DNA of 64,000 bases, taken from Erythrobacteraceae bacterium (GTDB taxonomy: Bacteria > Pseudomonadota > Alphaproteobacteria > Sphingomonadales > Sphingomonadaceae). The position numbers and the translations under genes were made by a program. Position 1 is the stretch's first letter, and each line of letters starts with the position of its first letter. This document shows positions 11,085 through 21,616 of this stretch, in pieces. The notes under the pieces were generated by a model. That model worked only from the letters and a program-made list of their open reading frames with translations. It did not search any database and was not told where the DNA came from. The stretch is from NCBI GenBank assembly GCA_024642525.1, contig JAHEAX010000009.1, positions 6,889-70,888 of the forward strand, in the 5' to 3' direction.

Positions 11085-13025
11085 TCAATCGCCGCTACGA
11101 GCCCTGAGGAGACGGTCAAAGGCTTGCGTGCCTTTGCCCTTCGGTTCCAGCCACGGATAGCGAAGGCCGAGGTGATAATCGATCGAGACCGTGTCGAAAC
11201 GATCGCCGCGTTTGACCAGAAGCTGCACTGGAGCTGCACCATCCTTACTTGCTGCCGCAATCGCTTCCTTCATCACGTCCTGCGAATAGGCTTCGCCATT
11301 TACAGCCACAATCTGTGCACCGTTCACGATGCCCGCATTGAACGCAGGGCCATCCCAGCGCGTCGACGTGACCTTGCCGGAATTGTCCAGATTGACCCCA
11401 AGCGAATAATACAGATCGAGATATTTCTGACCTGCCATACGCCCTGCATTGTAGGGATTTGCGGTGTCTTTCCAGACCAGCTTGTATCCGGCCATGTCCA
11501 CGCCGTTCATCGGTGCCGGCTGGCCCGGCTTTAGCAGACGCGTGTCGAGGAAAGTGGCCCAGTCATATGCATAAACACCGTTCAGGACCCGCACGATTTC
11601 TGCAAAATCATAGGTTAAATGCCCCATATCACCCGGTTTCGCGCCGAAGAAGACGCGTGCAAAATCATCAAGGCCCTTCTTGCCGCCCGTGCCCTGACGG
11701 ATGATCTGGTCAGCTTCCAGCCAGGTCAGCGCGCCTTCAACGTAATAGTCTTCCGACCGGTTGAGCGATGAGTAAGGGACCGGTCGCCTTGCATTGATAA
11801 TGGGGTCGTTGGTGGTGTCCGCAACGGAGCGCCATTCACGCCCCGGCTGGCCTTCGGAATAATTTGCGACTGCATTGGCAAACTGGCCAAGCACAGTTTC
11901 CTTCTTCTGCAAGCCGGAACGCGCCGCAAGCACCCAGCCCCAGAACTGCGTCTGGCCTTCATACATCCACAGTAGCGAATCCTGCATCGGGGTCCGATAA
12001 TCAGGTGTCCACAAATCATCGGGGCGGCGGTATTTACCATTCCAGCTGTGGACCAGTTCATGGGCGACCACATTGTGATCCCAGTCCATCTGGTCCCACT
12101 TCACGAAACTATCGGGTTCATACTGGTTTTCAGCAGAGCGCTGATGTTCAAGGCCAATCCCGCCCATCCGGTCAGTCAGCGCCAGCAGGATGTCATAGTG
12201 ATCGAAATGGCGCTCGCCGAAGATGGCGTCAGCCTCGTCGACCATCTTTTCAAACGTCTTGAGGTTTTCCGGTTTGATTTCGAGCAGCGATGGCTTGTCG
12301 GCAACCACGTCGAGTTTGACAACCGGGTCAAGCGACCACTGTTTTGAATATTTACCTGCGAAAATCGGCGAGTCGACGAGTGTCTCGTAATCGACCTGCT
12401 GCCATGTCACCGTGTCGCCCGAACGGCGCATACCATCAAGGGCAGTAAAGACCTGCCAGCCTTCAGGAAAAGTCACAGTCGGTTCAAAGGCGATACGGCG
12501 GGTGTAATGCCCTGCGGGGTAGAAGCTCATCTTCTCCCACTGCAGATTGAGCATTTCCTGCGTCATTGTAACGCGCCCTTCGCTGCCGGTCACAGGGCTT
12601 GTGTGAACGAATTCCACGACCACTTCCTGCGCGCCATCAGGCAGGGCTACATCGATCTGGTAGACATCCAGCGGGTTGCGCTTCCACTCGAGGGGCTTTC
12701 CGTTAGCGGTGAAGCTGAACCTCGAAACGAGGTTGATCGGCCCGCGTGCCGCATGGTTGCCGGGAAGCCATTCAGGAAACAGCAGCGTAAGATTGCGCAT
12801 CCCCGCAGTCACAGGAATCGTCTGTTTTACCGTGTAAACGCCGCGCCTTGTGTCAGTGGCGTCGATATCCAGCTTGATGCTGCCGCCGGGCCAAGGTGTG
12901 TCAGCAGGCAGTTGGGCGCCATTATCAATCTGCGTCTGGACTGGGGCGCTACGTTCAATCTGAGCAATGGCGGGGTGGGCGAGGACGGCGGCGGCAAGGC
13001 CGGTAAACAGGATGGATTTTTTCAT
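11085..13025 (-). CDS. M61 family (glycyl aminopeptidase-like) metallopeptidase with C-terminal PDZ domain, secreted
   Basis: Signal peptide MKKSILFTGLAAAVLAHPAIAQ. Zinc motif HELVHSWNGKY. PDZ-like GIVNGAQIVAVNGEAYSQDVMKEAI near the C-terminus. Confidence 0.85.
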   Translation of the reverse strand: MKKSILFTGLAAAVLAHPAIAQIERSAPVQTQIDNGAQLPADTPWPGGSIKLDIDATDTRRGVYTVKQTIPVTAGMRNLTLLFPEWLPGNHAARGPINLVSRFSFTANGKPLEWKRNPLDVYQIDVALPDGAQEVVVEFVHTSPVTGSEGRVTMTQEMLNLQWEKMSFYPAGHYTRRIAFEPTVTFPEGWQVFTALDGMRRSGDTVTWQQVDYETLVDSPIFAGKYSKQWSLDPVVKLDVVADKPSLLEIKPENLKTFEKMVDEADAIFGERHFDHYDILLALTDRMGGIGLEHQRSAENQYEPDSFVKWDQMDWDHNVVAHELVHSWNGKYRRPDDLWTPDYRTPMQDSLLWMYEGQTQFWGWVLAARSGLQKKETVLGQFANAVANYSEGQPGREWRSVADTTNDPIINARRPVPYSSLNRSEDYYVEGALTWLEADQIIRQGTGGKKGLDDFARVFFGAKPGDMGHLTYDFAEIVRVLNGVYAYDWATFLDTRLLKPGQPAPMNGVDMAGYKLVWKDTANPYNAGRMAGQKYLDLYYSLGVNLDNSGKVTSTRWDGPAFNAGIVNGAQIVAVNGEAYSQDVMKEAIAAASKDGAAPVQLLVKRGDRFDTVSIDYHLGLRYPWLEPKGKGTQAFDRLLRARSGD

Positions 13026-13163
13026 GCGCAGCGCTCTGTCGAACCTGCAACTTCTTGGCAAGCGTGACTTTATCTACTTTCGACCATGGGCCGATAGAGT
13101 GCGACGAGGGGCGAAGAGCCGAAAGTTAACCGAATCTTTGGCAAATCTTGCGATCATCGGCCG

Positions 13164-13322
13164 ATGTTCAAGAAAATCGCCTTGTCTGCGCTGATTATGA
13201 CCGGAGTGCTGTATGCTTCCGGCTATAATTTCGGGCAGCTGAAGGAAGGCGTGCGCGGCTGGTCTGCGCAGAATGCCCATTCCACCCTAGGTGGACCTGA
13301 CAGCGACTGGGGTGCCCAGTAA
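13164..13322 (+). CDS. possible small membrane protein (52 aa)
   Basis: Below the ORF-track cutoff: ATG-FKKIALSALIMTGVLYASGYNFGQLKEGVRGWSAQNAHSTLGGPDSDWGAQ-TAA. One N-terminal TM helix. Third-position GC of about 68% fits the genome. No clear SD. Confidence 0.3.
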   Translation: MFKKIALSALIMTGVLYASGYNFGQLKEGVRGWSAQNAHSTLGGPDSDWGAQ

Positions 13323-13352
13323 CTGGCTGCAGCCGCTGCCGCGACGCGTTTG

Positions 13353-13811
13353 TCAGCCCCTGCCCCGATAGCTGCTGACGCCCTGATCCGGCACCCACAG
13401 ACCTTCAGGCGGCGCGCCTGTCTGCCAGAAAACATCAATCGGAATGCCGCCTCGCGGATACCAGTAGCCGCCGATACGCAGCCATCTCGGCTTCATTTCA
13501 TCCACCAGCCGCTGGCCGATGCCAACAGTCACATCCTCGTGAAAACCGGCGTGGTTCCTGAAAGAGCCGAGAAAGAGCTTCAGGCTCTTTGATTCGACAA
13601 TCGTTTCAGCAGGCGCGTAATCGATCACCAGATGCGCGAAATCGGGCTGGCCCGTCACCGGGCAAAGCGAGGTAAATTCCGGCGCGGCAAAGCGCGCCAG
13701 ATACAGCGCGCCGGTCCGCGGATTGGGCACATAGTCAAGCACAGCCTCTTCCGGCGAAGCGGGAAGAGGGGTCTGCTGACCGAGAAATGATGTTACAGGT
13801 GTGTCACTCAT
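13353..13811 (-). CDS. queF: NADPH-dependent 7-cyano-7-deazaguanine (preQ0) reductase
   Basis: Catalytic-Cys motif [13 protein letters not shown] and QueF motif [15 protein letters not shown]. Unimodular size (152 aa). Confidence 0.92.
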   Translation of the reverse strand: MSDTPVTSFLGQQTPLPASPEEAVLDYVPNPRTGALYLARFAAPEFTSLCPVTGQPDFAHLVIDYAPAETIVESKSLKLFLGSFRNHAGFHEDVTVGIGQRLVDEMKPRWLRIGGYWYPRGGIPIDVFWQTGAPPEGLWVPDQGVSSYRGRG

Positions 13812-13916
13812 GCCGCGCTGATGCCGCGAACGTGCGCACAGCACAAGTCACCAGTGGCATGTTCGTAATTCAGTGCCTATTCAGCGCGGCTTATGCTTGG
13901 ACCCAATCGCGCTATC

Positions 13917-15149
13917 ATGAACTTCAAGTTTTACACTTCTTACCTGGCTTTGGCCCTGTTGGCCGTGGTGCTTTCGGTACTGGCATTGGCTGTACCGGCC
14001 ATGGCCACGACTGCGCCTGTGCGCGATTTCCAGCTGCCGCCTGCGCCAAGCCCGTCTGCGACCCAGACCCCGCAGGTGCAGGGACCGGTCGATACAGACG
14101 GCCCCGTGCCGGTCACACCGCGGGTAATACCGCGTTCCACGCCAACACCAGCGCCAACCCAGACACCGGCACCGCGCCCGACACCGCGCGCAACCCAGCC
14201 TGAAGCACAGGCAACACCTGATACCCGCCGCTTTACCCCTGCTGCGCGCGCCACGCCGGGCCAGCAATTGCCAGCAGAAACCACGCCTGCCCCGCAAGCC
14301 AGCGATACCGCAGTGCAGGACATGACCCCGGCAGAACCTGTTACAGCGGGCGTGGCACCCATGCCGCTGCCTGCCCCGGCGCCGACAGAAAATGCGGCCA
14401 CCGCCGCACCGATCGAAGGATCCACGCCATGGGGCCTGTGGCTTGCCATTCTTGCAGGGATCATCGCAGCATCAGCCATTGCCCTTTATTTCTGGACGCG
14501 GCGACAGAATGTGCCTGCGCGCATTGAAAAGATTGAACCGCCAGTGGTTCGCAAGCCGGAAGCAAAAGCCGATAATGGCCTGCCACCCGGAACAGCACCG
14601 TCATCCGCATTGAAAGCCACGCCTGCAGCACCCGCCGCTGCAGGACCTGCCGCGCCAACGCAGACACGATCAACCAATGCAGTGGGTATTGCGGTCAAGC
14701 CGTCCAGGCTCAGCCGCAGCATGATGAATGCAACGATGAATTGCGCCATCACCTTGCGCAACCGCACCGGCAAGGAATTGCGCGGCGTCCATATATCGGG
14801 CGATCTGGTCACCGCGCACGGCAAAATCCCGATTGCAGAACAATTGTGCGATGCCGCTACCGAACTTGCGCCTATTGCAGAAATTGCCGCGCTTCCGGGC
14901 GGACAGGCAGATGAGATCAGCGCGAATTTCTCCCTTCCGGTAAGCCAGATCCGCACAATCACGCAGGCCAATGCCCGTCTTTACGTGCCGCTTCTGCGCC
15001 TGCGCATCGCGGCAGATGGCATGGACGCTGTCACGCAAACCTTCGTCATCGGTATTAATGCTGGTGGTGCAGGCGGCAGGGTCCAGCCGTTTCGTCTCGA
15101 CGAGATGCCGCAGACTTACACCCAGATTGGCAGCAGGCCGCTCGACTGA
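13917..15149 (+). CDS. hypothetical Pro/Thr/Ala-rich bitopic membrane protein
   Basis: Signal-like N-terminus (LALALLAVVLSVLALAVPAMA), about 150 aa of P/T/A-rich sequence, one TM (WGLWLAILAGIIAASAIALYFW) and a C-terminal globular part of about 170 aa. No family recognised. Confidence 0.65.
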   Translation: MNFKFYTSYLALALLAVVLSVLALAVPAMATTAPVRDFQLPPAPSPSATQTPQVQGPVDTDGPVPVTPRVIPRSTPTPAPTQTPAPRPTPRATQPEAQATPDTRRFTPAARATPGQQLPAETTPAPQASDTAVQDMTPAEPVTAGVAPMPLPAPAPTENAATAAPIEGSTPWGLWLAILAGIIAASAIALYFWTRRQNVPARIEKIEPPVVRKPEAKADNGLPPGTAPSSALKATPAAPAAAGPAAPTQTRSTNAVGIAVKPSRLSRSMMNATMNCAITLRNRTGKELRGVHISGDLVTAHGKIPIAEQLCDAATELAPIAEIAALPGGQADEISANFSLPVSQIRTITQANARLYVPLLRLRIAADGMDAVTQTFVIGINAGGAGGRVQPFRLDEMPQTYTQIGSRPLD

Positions 15150-15203
15150 ACAACCAAAGCAAGCCTATCGACGCAAGCGGCTGCGGCAGCTACCTCTTGC
15201 GTG

Positions 15204-16064
15204 ATGGATAGACTGGTAAGCACCCGATGGCTGGCTGATATGCTGACAAACGCGCTGCATGGCGACGATATCGCGGTTCTCGATGCGTCATCGCATTTAC
15301 CGGCAGCAGGACGCGATCCTGCCGCCGAATTTGCCCAATCCCACATTCCCGGCGCGCGTTTTCTCGACCTGCCATCACTCAAGGATGAAACTTCGCCAGT
15401 GCCTGCCGCCCTGCCCCGTGCAGACCAGTTTGAAGGCAGGCTGCGCGCGCTCGGGATAAAGCCCGGCCAGCGCATTGTCCTGTATGACAATAGCAAATTG
15501 CGCAGTTCGGCGCGGGCCTATTTCATCTGCCGCATGTTTGGCATGGACAATGTCGCCATTCTGGATGGCGGACTGCCAAAATGGGTGGCCGAGGGTCGCC
15601 CTACTCAAAGCGACCCTGCCCACTTTGAACCGTCTGATTATACGATCACGCAGGATGATCGCAGCCGCGTACGCAGCAAGGCGCAGGTCCTGGCCAATCT
15701 TGAAAGCTGTACAGAACAATTGGTCGATGCACGCGATGCAGACCGCTTCTGCGGCATCACCGAAGACACCGTCCACAATCTGGCAGGCGGACATATTCCA
15801 GGCTCGCGCAACCTGCATTTTCCCGAAGTTCTGGCAGCAGACGGCACTTTCCTTTCCAACGAAGATATCAAACTTGCTTTCAGCCATGCGGGCATCGACC
15901 TTGCCGCGCCTGTCACCGGCACTTGCGGCAGCGGGATGACGGCATCTGTTCTGCTTTTTGCCATGGAACTGATCGGCAAGCATGATACCGCTTTATACGA
16001 CGGAAGCTGGAGTGAATGGGGCGCAGACCCCGCCACACCCAAGGAAACGGGGCCATCACGCTGA
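15204..16064 (+). CDS. sseA: 3-mercaptopyruvate sulfurtransferase (tandem rhodanese)
   Basis: Two rhodanese halves. The active-site loop TCGSGMTAS matches the CG[ST]G[VM]TA signature of MST. N-terminus LVSTRWLADML. Confidence 0.88.
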   Translation: MDRLVSTRWLADMLTNALHGDDIAVLDASSHLPAAGRDPAAEFAQSHIPGARFLDLPSLKDETSPVPAALPRADQFEGRLRALGIKPGQRIVLYDNSKLRSSARAYFICRMFGMDNVAILDGGLPKWVAEGRPTQSDPAHFEPSDYTITQDDRSRVRSKAQVLANLESCTEQLVDARDADRFCGITEDTVHNLAGGHIPGSRNLHFPEVLAADGTFLSNEDIKLAFSHAGIDLAAPVTGTCGSGMTASVLLFAMELIGKHDTALYDGSWSEWGADPATPKETGPSR

Positions 16065-16066
16065 CT

Positions 16067-17287
16067 ATGGGCAAAGGCACGAAGGGCAAAAAACAGGGTC
16101 TGGGCAATGGCACCCGGCTGGTGAATGCAGGGCGCGATCCTGAATATACCGGCGCGGTGGTCAATCCGCCCGTATGGCGCGCCAGCACGCATCTCTATGC
16201 TGATACGGCTGCGCTGAAGGATGGCACACGCCACAATGAAGATGGCCGCTTTTTCTATGGTCGCAGGGGCGCGCCAACCCAATGGGCGCTGTGCGATGCG
16301 TTGACAGAGCTGGAACCGGGCGCAGCAGGAACCGTGCTTTACCCCAGCGGCGTGGCAGCAATTGCCGGCGCATTGATGGCGGTTCTTTCGCCCGGCGATG
16401 TGCTGCTTGTAACCGACAATGCCTATGAACCCACGCGCAATATGGCGACTGGCCTGTTGCGCCGGTTCGGGGTGGAGGCGCGCTTTGTCGATCCGCTGGA
16501 TATTGATGCGTTCGAAGCGAATATCTGCCCTGCGACCAAGGCCGTCATGCTGGAAAGCCCCGGCAGCCTGACGATGGAAGTGCAGGATATTCCGGCACTG
16601 GCAGCAATTGCCCGCAAGCATGGCGTCATTTCCATTGCCGACAACACCTGGGCCACGCCGCTGGGCTTTCCGGCACTCGAACGCGGGTGCGACATTACCA
16701 TCATGTCGCTGACAAAACATGTGGGTGGCCATTCCGATCTGATGATGGGAAGCGCCGCTGCGCGCGGCGACCTTTACGGCAAATTGCGCCAGACAGCGCA
16801 GGCGCTTGGCCATGTGGTGTCGCCCGACGATGCGGCCCTTGCCCTGCGCAGCCTGCGCACCATGAGCCTGCGGCTTGAACGATCAACGCAAAGCGCACTG
16901 GCAATTGCAAAATGGCTGGAAGGCCGCGATGAAGTTGCCCATGTGCTGTGCCCGCTTCTGCCCGGTGCGCCGGGGCATGAAATGTGGAACAGGGATTTTA
17001 CCGGCGGCTGCGGCCTGTTCAGCTTTATCCTGAAGGGGCGGGACCAGGCGGCGCGTTCCTGGCTGATCGACGCGCTCGAACTGTTTGGCATCGGTTACAG
17101 CTGGGGCGGATATGAAAGCCTTGCCATTCCGTTTGATCCGGCCGTCAACCGTTCCGCCACGCCATTTCCGCCACTGGCGTGGGACGCTGGCGACCGTTAC
17201 GGTGTTCGCCTATCGATCGGTCTGGAAGATCCTCAAGATCTTATCCGCGACCTTGAAACAGGCTTTGCCGCCATGGAGCAGGAATGA
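16067..17287 (+). CDS. metC: cystathionine beta-lyase (Cys/Met-metabolism PLP enzyme)
   Basis: TRLVNAGRDP...VNPPVWRASTHLY. PLP-lysine region MSLTKHVGGHSD. ATG lies 2 nt after the sseA stop. Confidence 0.85.
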   Translation: MGKGTKGKKQGLGNGTRLVNAGRDPEYTGAVVNPPVWRASTHLYADTAALKDGTRHNEDGRFFYGRRGAPTQWALCDALTELEPGAAGTVLYPSGVAAIAGALMAVLSPGDVLLVTDNAYEPTRNMATGLLRRFGVEARFVDPLDIDAFEANICPATKAVMLESPGSLTMEVQDIPALAAIARKHGVISIADNTWATPLGFPALERGCDITIMSLTKHVGGHSDLMMGSAAARGDLYGKLRQTAQALGHVVSPDDAALALRSLRTMSLRLERSTQSALAIAKWLEGRDEVAHVLCPLLPGAPGHEMWNRDFTGGCGLFSFILKGRDQAARSWLIDALELFGIGYSWGGYESLAIPFDPAVNRSATPFPPLAWDAGDRYGVRLSIGLEDPQDLIRDLETGFAAMEQE

Positions 17288-18390
17288 CTAGCCAAGCAGC
17301 CACAGCGACCGACCCTGAAGCCATCGCCACCGCAGTTGGCGGATCTGGCGAACTGGAAGCGGGCGCAACCGTGACCTTGCAGCCGGTTCCATCGCCCACG
17401 CCGTCGGTCGCGCCGACAGAGGCAGTCAGCGCAGCGAATGACATCAAGGATGCCGTTGCGGAAAAAAGCCAGACAGCCGCCAGCCTGGTCGACACGCTCG
17501 ACAGCATGGCGCTGAGCATCGGCGATATGCGCGTTTCTGTGTGGGACGGGTTGGTAGTCGTGCTGGTGATCGTGGGCGTTATCACGGCAGCTTATTTCAT
17601 GAGCAAGCTCCTGCAGAGCCTGCTGAAACGCATCACGAAACTGGATGTCACCCAGCGCCTGCTGGCAGAAAAGCTCATTTCGCTGGCAGTATGGGCCATT
17701 GCCATCCTGTTCGGGATAGATTTGCTCGGCATCGACCTGACCGCGCTCGCCGTGTTTTCCGGCGCATTCGGCCTTGCCATCGGTTTCGGCCTGCAAAAAA
17801 CCTTCGGCAACCTCATCGCCGGTATCATCCTGTTGATGGACCGTTCGATCAAACCGGGCGATGTCATTGCGGTTGCCGACCAGGCGGGTGCCTCAACCTT
17901 CGGACAAATCCGCAAAATCGGGATCAGGGCCGTTTCGATCACCACGCGTGACCAGAAGGAATATCTCATCCCGAACGAGAACCTGATGATCAACCAGGTA
18001 GAAAACTGGTCCTATTCATCCAAGAATGTGCGGATGCAGATACCGGTCGGCGTATCCTATGGCTGCGACATCAAACACGCGGAACTGCTGATGCTGGAAG
18101 CCGCAAAAATGTGTAAACGGGTGCTCAATTCACCCCCGCCTACGGTCTGGCTCGACCAGTATGGCGAAAGCTCTGTCGACTTTGTGATCCATTGCTGGAT
18201 CAAGGACCCCGAAGCAGGGGTCGGCAATGTTAAATCAGAGGTACTAAAGAATTTGTGGGACCTGTTCCAACGCGACGGTGTCGAAATTCCATTCCCGCAG
18301 CGGGACCTGAATTTTAGAAATAATGAGCAATTTGAACAACTTATTGCCGCAATCGGACAGCGGTTGGAGAAAAAACCGGACGAAAGCTGA
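17284..18390 (+). CDS. mechanosensitive ion channel, MscS family
   Basis: The pore-helix/beta-domain junction FGLAIGFGLQKTFGNLIAGIILLMDRSIKPGDVI is the MscS signature. ATGA overlap with the metC stop. Confidence 0.88.
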   Translation: MTSQAATATDPEAIATAVGGSGELEAGATVTLQPVPSPTPSVAPTEAVSAANDIKDAVAEKSQTAASLVDTLDSMALSIGDMRVSVWDGLVVVLVIVGVITAAYFMSKLLQSLLKRITKLDVTQRLLAEKLISLAVWAIAILFGIDLLGIDLTALAVFSGAFGLAIGFGLQKTFGNLIAGIILLMDRSIKPGDVIAVADQAGASTFGQIRKIGIRAVSITTRDQKEYLIPNENLMINQVENWSYSSKNVRMQIPVGVSYGCDIKHAELLMLEAAKMCKRVLNSPPPTVWLDQYGESSVDFVIHCWIKDPEAGVGNVKSEVLKNLWDLFQRDGVEIPFPQRDLNFRNNEQFEQLIAAIGQRLEKKPDES

Positions 18391-18500
18391 ACCATAGGCA
18401 TAACCCGATTTCTGCCGTGATTTCCGGCTGAAAGGTTTTTTAGCAATACGGAAATCCATTCTCACTGGTGGCTTCGCCATGGTGCCTTCATTTCGGCGCC

Positions 18501-19259
18501 ATGGAAAAAACAGGCACAGTATATCTCGTCGGCGCGGGACCGGGTGATCCCGATCTGCTGACCTTGCGCGCTGCGCGGCTGCTCCAGTCAGCGCGATTGG
18601 TGGTTCACGACGGTTTGGTCGACCCTGCAATTCTGGCCATGGCACGGCCCGATGCGCAGCTGGTGTCAGTGGCCAAGAAGCGCGCCCGCCACACCTTGCC
18701 GCAAGACCAGATCAACCAGTTTCTGGTGCGTGAAGCCCTCGCCGGGCGCGATGTCGTCCGGCTGAAAGGCGGCGACCCGTTTATTTTTGGCCGTGGCGGC
18801 GAAGAAGCGGAAGATTGCCGCGCAGCCGGTATCAGGGTCGAAGTCGTTCCCGGCATCAGTGCTGCCAATGGCGCGGCGGCAGCAGCCCAGATTGCCCTGA
18901 CCCACCGCGATGCGGCAAGCATCGTCAGTTTCGTGGCCGGACAGTGCAAGGGCTTGTCAGACCAGAATTGGGCGGGACTGGCCGGAACAGGCCGCACTCT
19001 GGTCATCTATATGGGCGTAAAGACTGCGCCCCAGATTGCGGAAAAGCTGATGGCAGACGGCCTGGCGCCCGATATGCCCATCGCCATAATCGAAAATGCC
19101 GCACGCCCCGAAATGCGTGTGCTGCGCGGGCCGCTGGCAGCCCTGCCTGATCTGGTGGAACGTGAAAACGTCATCAGCCCGGCTCTCATCATCATCGGCG
19201 AAGTAACCGGCCGCACCGACCTGCAACTGGTTAAGACCGCGCAGGAGGTATCAGCGTGA
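18501..19259 (+). CDS. cobA: uroporphyrinogen-III C-methyltransferase (siroheme branch)
   Basis: VYLVGAGPGDPDLLTLRA and VVRLKGGDPFIFGRGGEE motifs of SUMT. 252 aa, so methyltransferase domain only. Confidence 0.88.
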   Translation: MEKTGTVYLVGAGPGDPDLLTLRAARLLQSARLVVHDGLVDPAILAMARPDAQLVSVAKKRARHTLPQDQINQFLVREALAGRDVVRLKGGDPFIFGRGGEEAEDCRAAGIRVEVVPGISAANGAAAAAQIALTHRDAASIVSFVAGQCKGLSDQNWAGLAGTGRTLVIYMGVKTAPQIAEKLMADGLAPDMPIAIIENAARPEMRVLRGPLAALPDLVERENVISPALIIIGEVTGRTDLQLVKTAQEVSA

Positions 19260-19552
19260 AGATATTGACTGGAAACGATCTGAAGACCGGCGCGGTGACC
19301 TGGTGGAATGGCAATGGCTGGTCCCTCTTTGTCGATGATGCGGCAGATGCAGGCGAAGATGCAGAGGCAATCATTGCCCGCGAAGAAGCGGCACGGCGGG
19401 TCAACGCACCCTATGCGATCGATGCGGAACGGACGGAAAAGGGCGTGCGCCCTGCCCATATCAAGGACCGTATTCGCGGCCTTGGTCCCACGGTCCGCCC
19501 CGATCTCACCTTGAAACCCGAAGACCCCCAAGCGGTTCGCGAGGTAATCTGA
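19256..19552 (+). CDS. DUF2849 domain protein (sulfite-reductase-associated)
   Basis: 98 aa. GTG start overlaps the cobA stop (GTGA) and is preceded by AGGAGG. MKILTGNDLKTGAVTWWNGNGW... resembles the small protein commonly found between cobA and cysI in alpha-proteobacteria. Confidence 0.75.
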   Translation: MKILTGNDLKTGAVTWWNGNGWSLFVDDAADAGEDAEAIIAREEAARRVNAPYAIDAERTEKGVRPAHIKDRIRGLGPTVRPDLTLKPEDPQAVREVI

Positions 19553-21186
19553 TGTATCAATATGACCAATATGACCAGGCGATGGTCGATGCCCGCGTCG
19601 AGGAATTCCGCGACCAGTGCCAGCGCCGTATCGAAGGCAAGCTGACCGAAGACCAGTTCAAGCCGCTGCGGCTGATGAACGGCCTCTATCTGCAGCTGCA
19701 CGCCTATATGCTGCGCGTTGCCATCCCCTATGGCACGCTGAGCGGTCGCCAGATGCGCGCGCTGGCAGGCATTGCCGACAAGTTCGACCGCAAATACGGC
19801 CATTTCACCACCCGTCAGAACATCCAGTATAACTGGATCAAACTGGAAGACGCTGGCGACATTCTGGCAGACCTTGCCAAGGTGGAAATGCACGCCATCC
19901 AGACCAGCGGCAATTGCATACGCAACATCAGTTCAGACCATTTCGCAGGCGCTGCCGCCGACGAAGTGGCAGATCCGCGCCCCTACGCAGAATTGCTGCG
20001 CCAATGGTCCAGCTTCCATCCCGAATTCAGCTATTTGCCGCGCAAATTCAAATTCGCGGTTATCGCCAGCGAAACTGACCGTGCCGCCATGCGCCTGCAC
20101 GATATCGGCATTCAGATCTTGAAGAACGATGCGGGCGAACTGGGCGCTGCATTCTATGTCGGCGGCGGCATGGGCCGCACTCCGATGATCGCCCCCTGCA
20201 TTCGCCAGTTCGTGCCGCTGGACCAACTGATCACCTATTCGGAAGCCTGCCTGCGCGTCTACAACCGCTATGGTCGGCGCGATAACAAGTACAAGGCGCG
20301 CATCAAGATACTGGTCCACGAACTGGGTGCAGAAGAATATACCCGCCAGGTAGAGGCTGAATTTGCGCATCTGCTGGAACAGGGCATTGAACCGCCGCTG
20401 GCCGAATTGGCGCGCATCCGCACCTATTTCGAAGACCCTGCGTTTGATGTTGGCGCTGCCGATGAAATCGACCGTTCCGACCCTGATTTTGCAGTCTGGG
20501 TGGACCGCAACACCCATCCGCACAAACAGGCAGGCTATGTCAGCGCAGTCATCAGCCTGAAGCCCGTCGGCGGAATACCCGGCGATGCCACAGCAGACCA
20601 GATGCGCCTGATGGCAGAGCTGGCCGAAGATTACAGCTTTGACGAATGCCGCGTGATCCACACACAGAACATCGTCCTGCCGCACGTGCGCAAGGCCGAT
20701 CTCTTTGCGGTCTGGCAAAAGCTGGAAGCAGCTGGCCTCGGCACACCCAATCTCGACCAGGTGGGCGATATTATCGCTTGCCCCGGCCTTGATTACTGCA
20801 GCCTCGCCAATGCGCGATCCATTCCTGTGGCGCAGCGCATCTCGGAACGCTTCGCCGCCAATGGCAAGGGCGATACGCTGGGCGAATTGAAGCTGAAGAT
20901 TTCCGGCTGCATCAACGCCTGTGGCCATCACCACGCGGGCCATATCGGCATTCTAGGCGTGGATAAGAAGGGCGTCGAAAACTACCAGCTGCTGCTCGGC
21001 GGCAGCGAGGCGGAGGATACTTCGCTGGGCAAGATTACCGGACCCGGTTTTTCCGAAGAAGGCATTGTCGATGCGGTAGAAACTGCCGCAGATGTCTATC
21101 TGGCGCAGCGCCAGGATGGGGAGCGTTTCCTCGATACCTACAGACGGATCGGCATGGAGCCGTTCAAGGAGGCGCTTTATGGCTGA
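19552..21186 (+). CDS. cysI: sulfite reductase hemoprotein (siroheme/[4Fe-4S], nitrite/sulfite reductase family)
   Basis: 544 aa. Cluster-binding cysteines CPGLDYCSLA ... SGCINACGHHHAGHIGILG. ATG overlaps the DUF2849 stop. Confidence 0.9.
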   Translation: MYQYDQYDQAMVDARVEEFRDQCQRRIEGKLTEDQFKPLRLMNGLYLQLHAYMLRVAIPYGTLSGRQMRALAGIADKFDRKYGHFTTRQNIQYNWIKLEDAGDILADLAKVEMHAIQTSGNCIRNISSDHFAGAAADEVADPRPYAELLRQWSSFHPEFSYLPRKFKFAVIASETDRAAMRLHDIGIQILKNDAGELGAAFYVGGGMGRTPMIAPCIRQFVPLDQLITYSEACLRVYNRYGRRDNKYKARIKILVHELGAEEYTRQVEAEFAHLLEQGIEPPLAELARIRTYFEDPAFDVGAADEIDRSDPDFAVWVDRNTHPHKQAGYVSAVISLKPVGGIPGDATADQMRLMAELAEDYSFDECRVIHTQNIVLPHVRKADLFAVWQKLEAAGLGTPNLDQVGDIIACPGLDYCSLANARSIPVAQRISERFAANGKGDTLGELKLKISGCINACGHHHAGHIGILGVDKKGVENYQLLLGGSEAEDTSLGKITGPGFSEEGIVDAVETAADVYLAQRQDGERFLDTYRRIGMEPFKEALYG

Positions 21187-21616
21187 GCCACTTCGTTTTC
21201 GTGATGACGCGGCGGCGTCAGACCCTGCCGTGACGGTCGATGCCTTTGTCGAACAAACCAACGCGCTCGCCGTACGCATCGAACCCGGTGACGATGCGCG
21301 CAAGCTGCTCCCTTTCCTTGACCGCTTGCGGCTCGTGGAAGTGAACTTCCCTGCATTTGGTGACGGCCGCGGCTATTCGGCTGCACGGATATTGCGCGAA
21401 ACCGGATATACCGGCGAATTACGCGCAGTGGGCGATGTGCTGGTTGATCAGCTTGCCTATCTGAAACGCTGCGGTTTTGACGCTTTCGACCCCGACCAGC
21501 CGCTGGATGCTGGCGATGTTGAAACCGCGCTGGGCCGCTTCCCCGAAGTGTATCAGCCGACCACGGATGGCCGGCCACCCATCTGGAATATTCGCCACGG
21601 GAAAAGCCATGGCTGA
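21179..21616 (+). CDS. DUF934 domain protein (sulfite-reduction-associated)
   Basis: 145 aa. The start overlaps the cysI end by 8 nt. VNFPAFGDGRGYSAARILRE...GDVLVDQLAYLKRCGFDAF resembles the DUF934 core. Confidence 0.75.
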   Translation: MAEPLRFRDDAAASDPAVTVDAFVEQTNALAVRIEPGDDARKLLPFLDRLRLVEVNFPAFGDGRGYSAARILRETGYTGELRAVGDVLVDQLAYLKRCGFDAFDPDQPLDAGDVETALGRFPEVYQPTTDGRPPIWNIRHGKSHG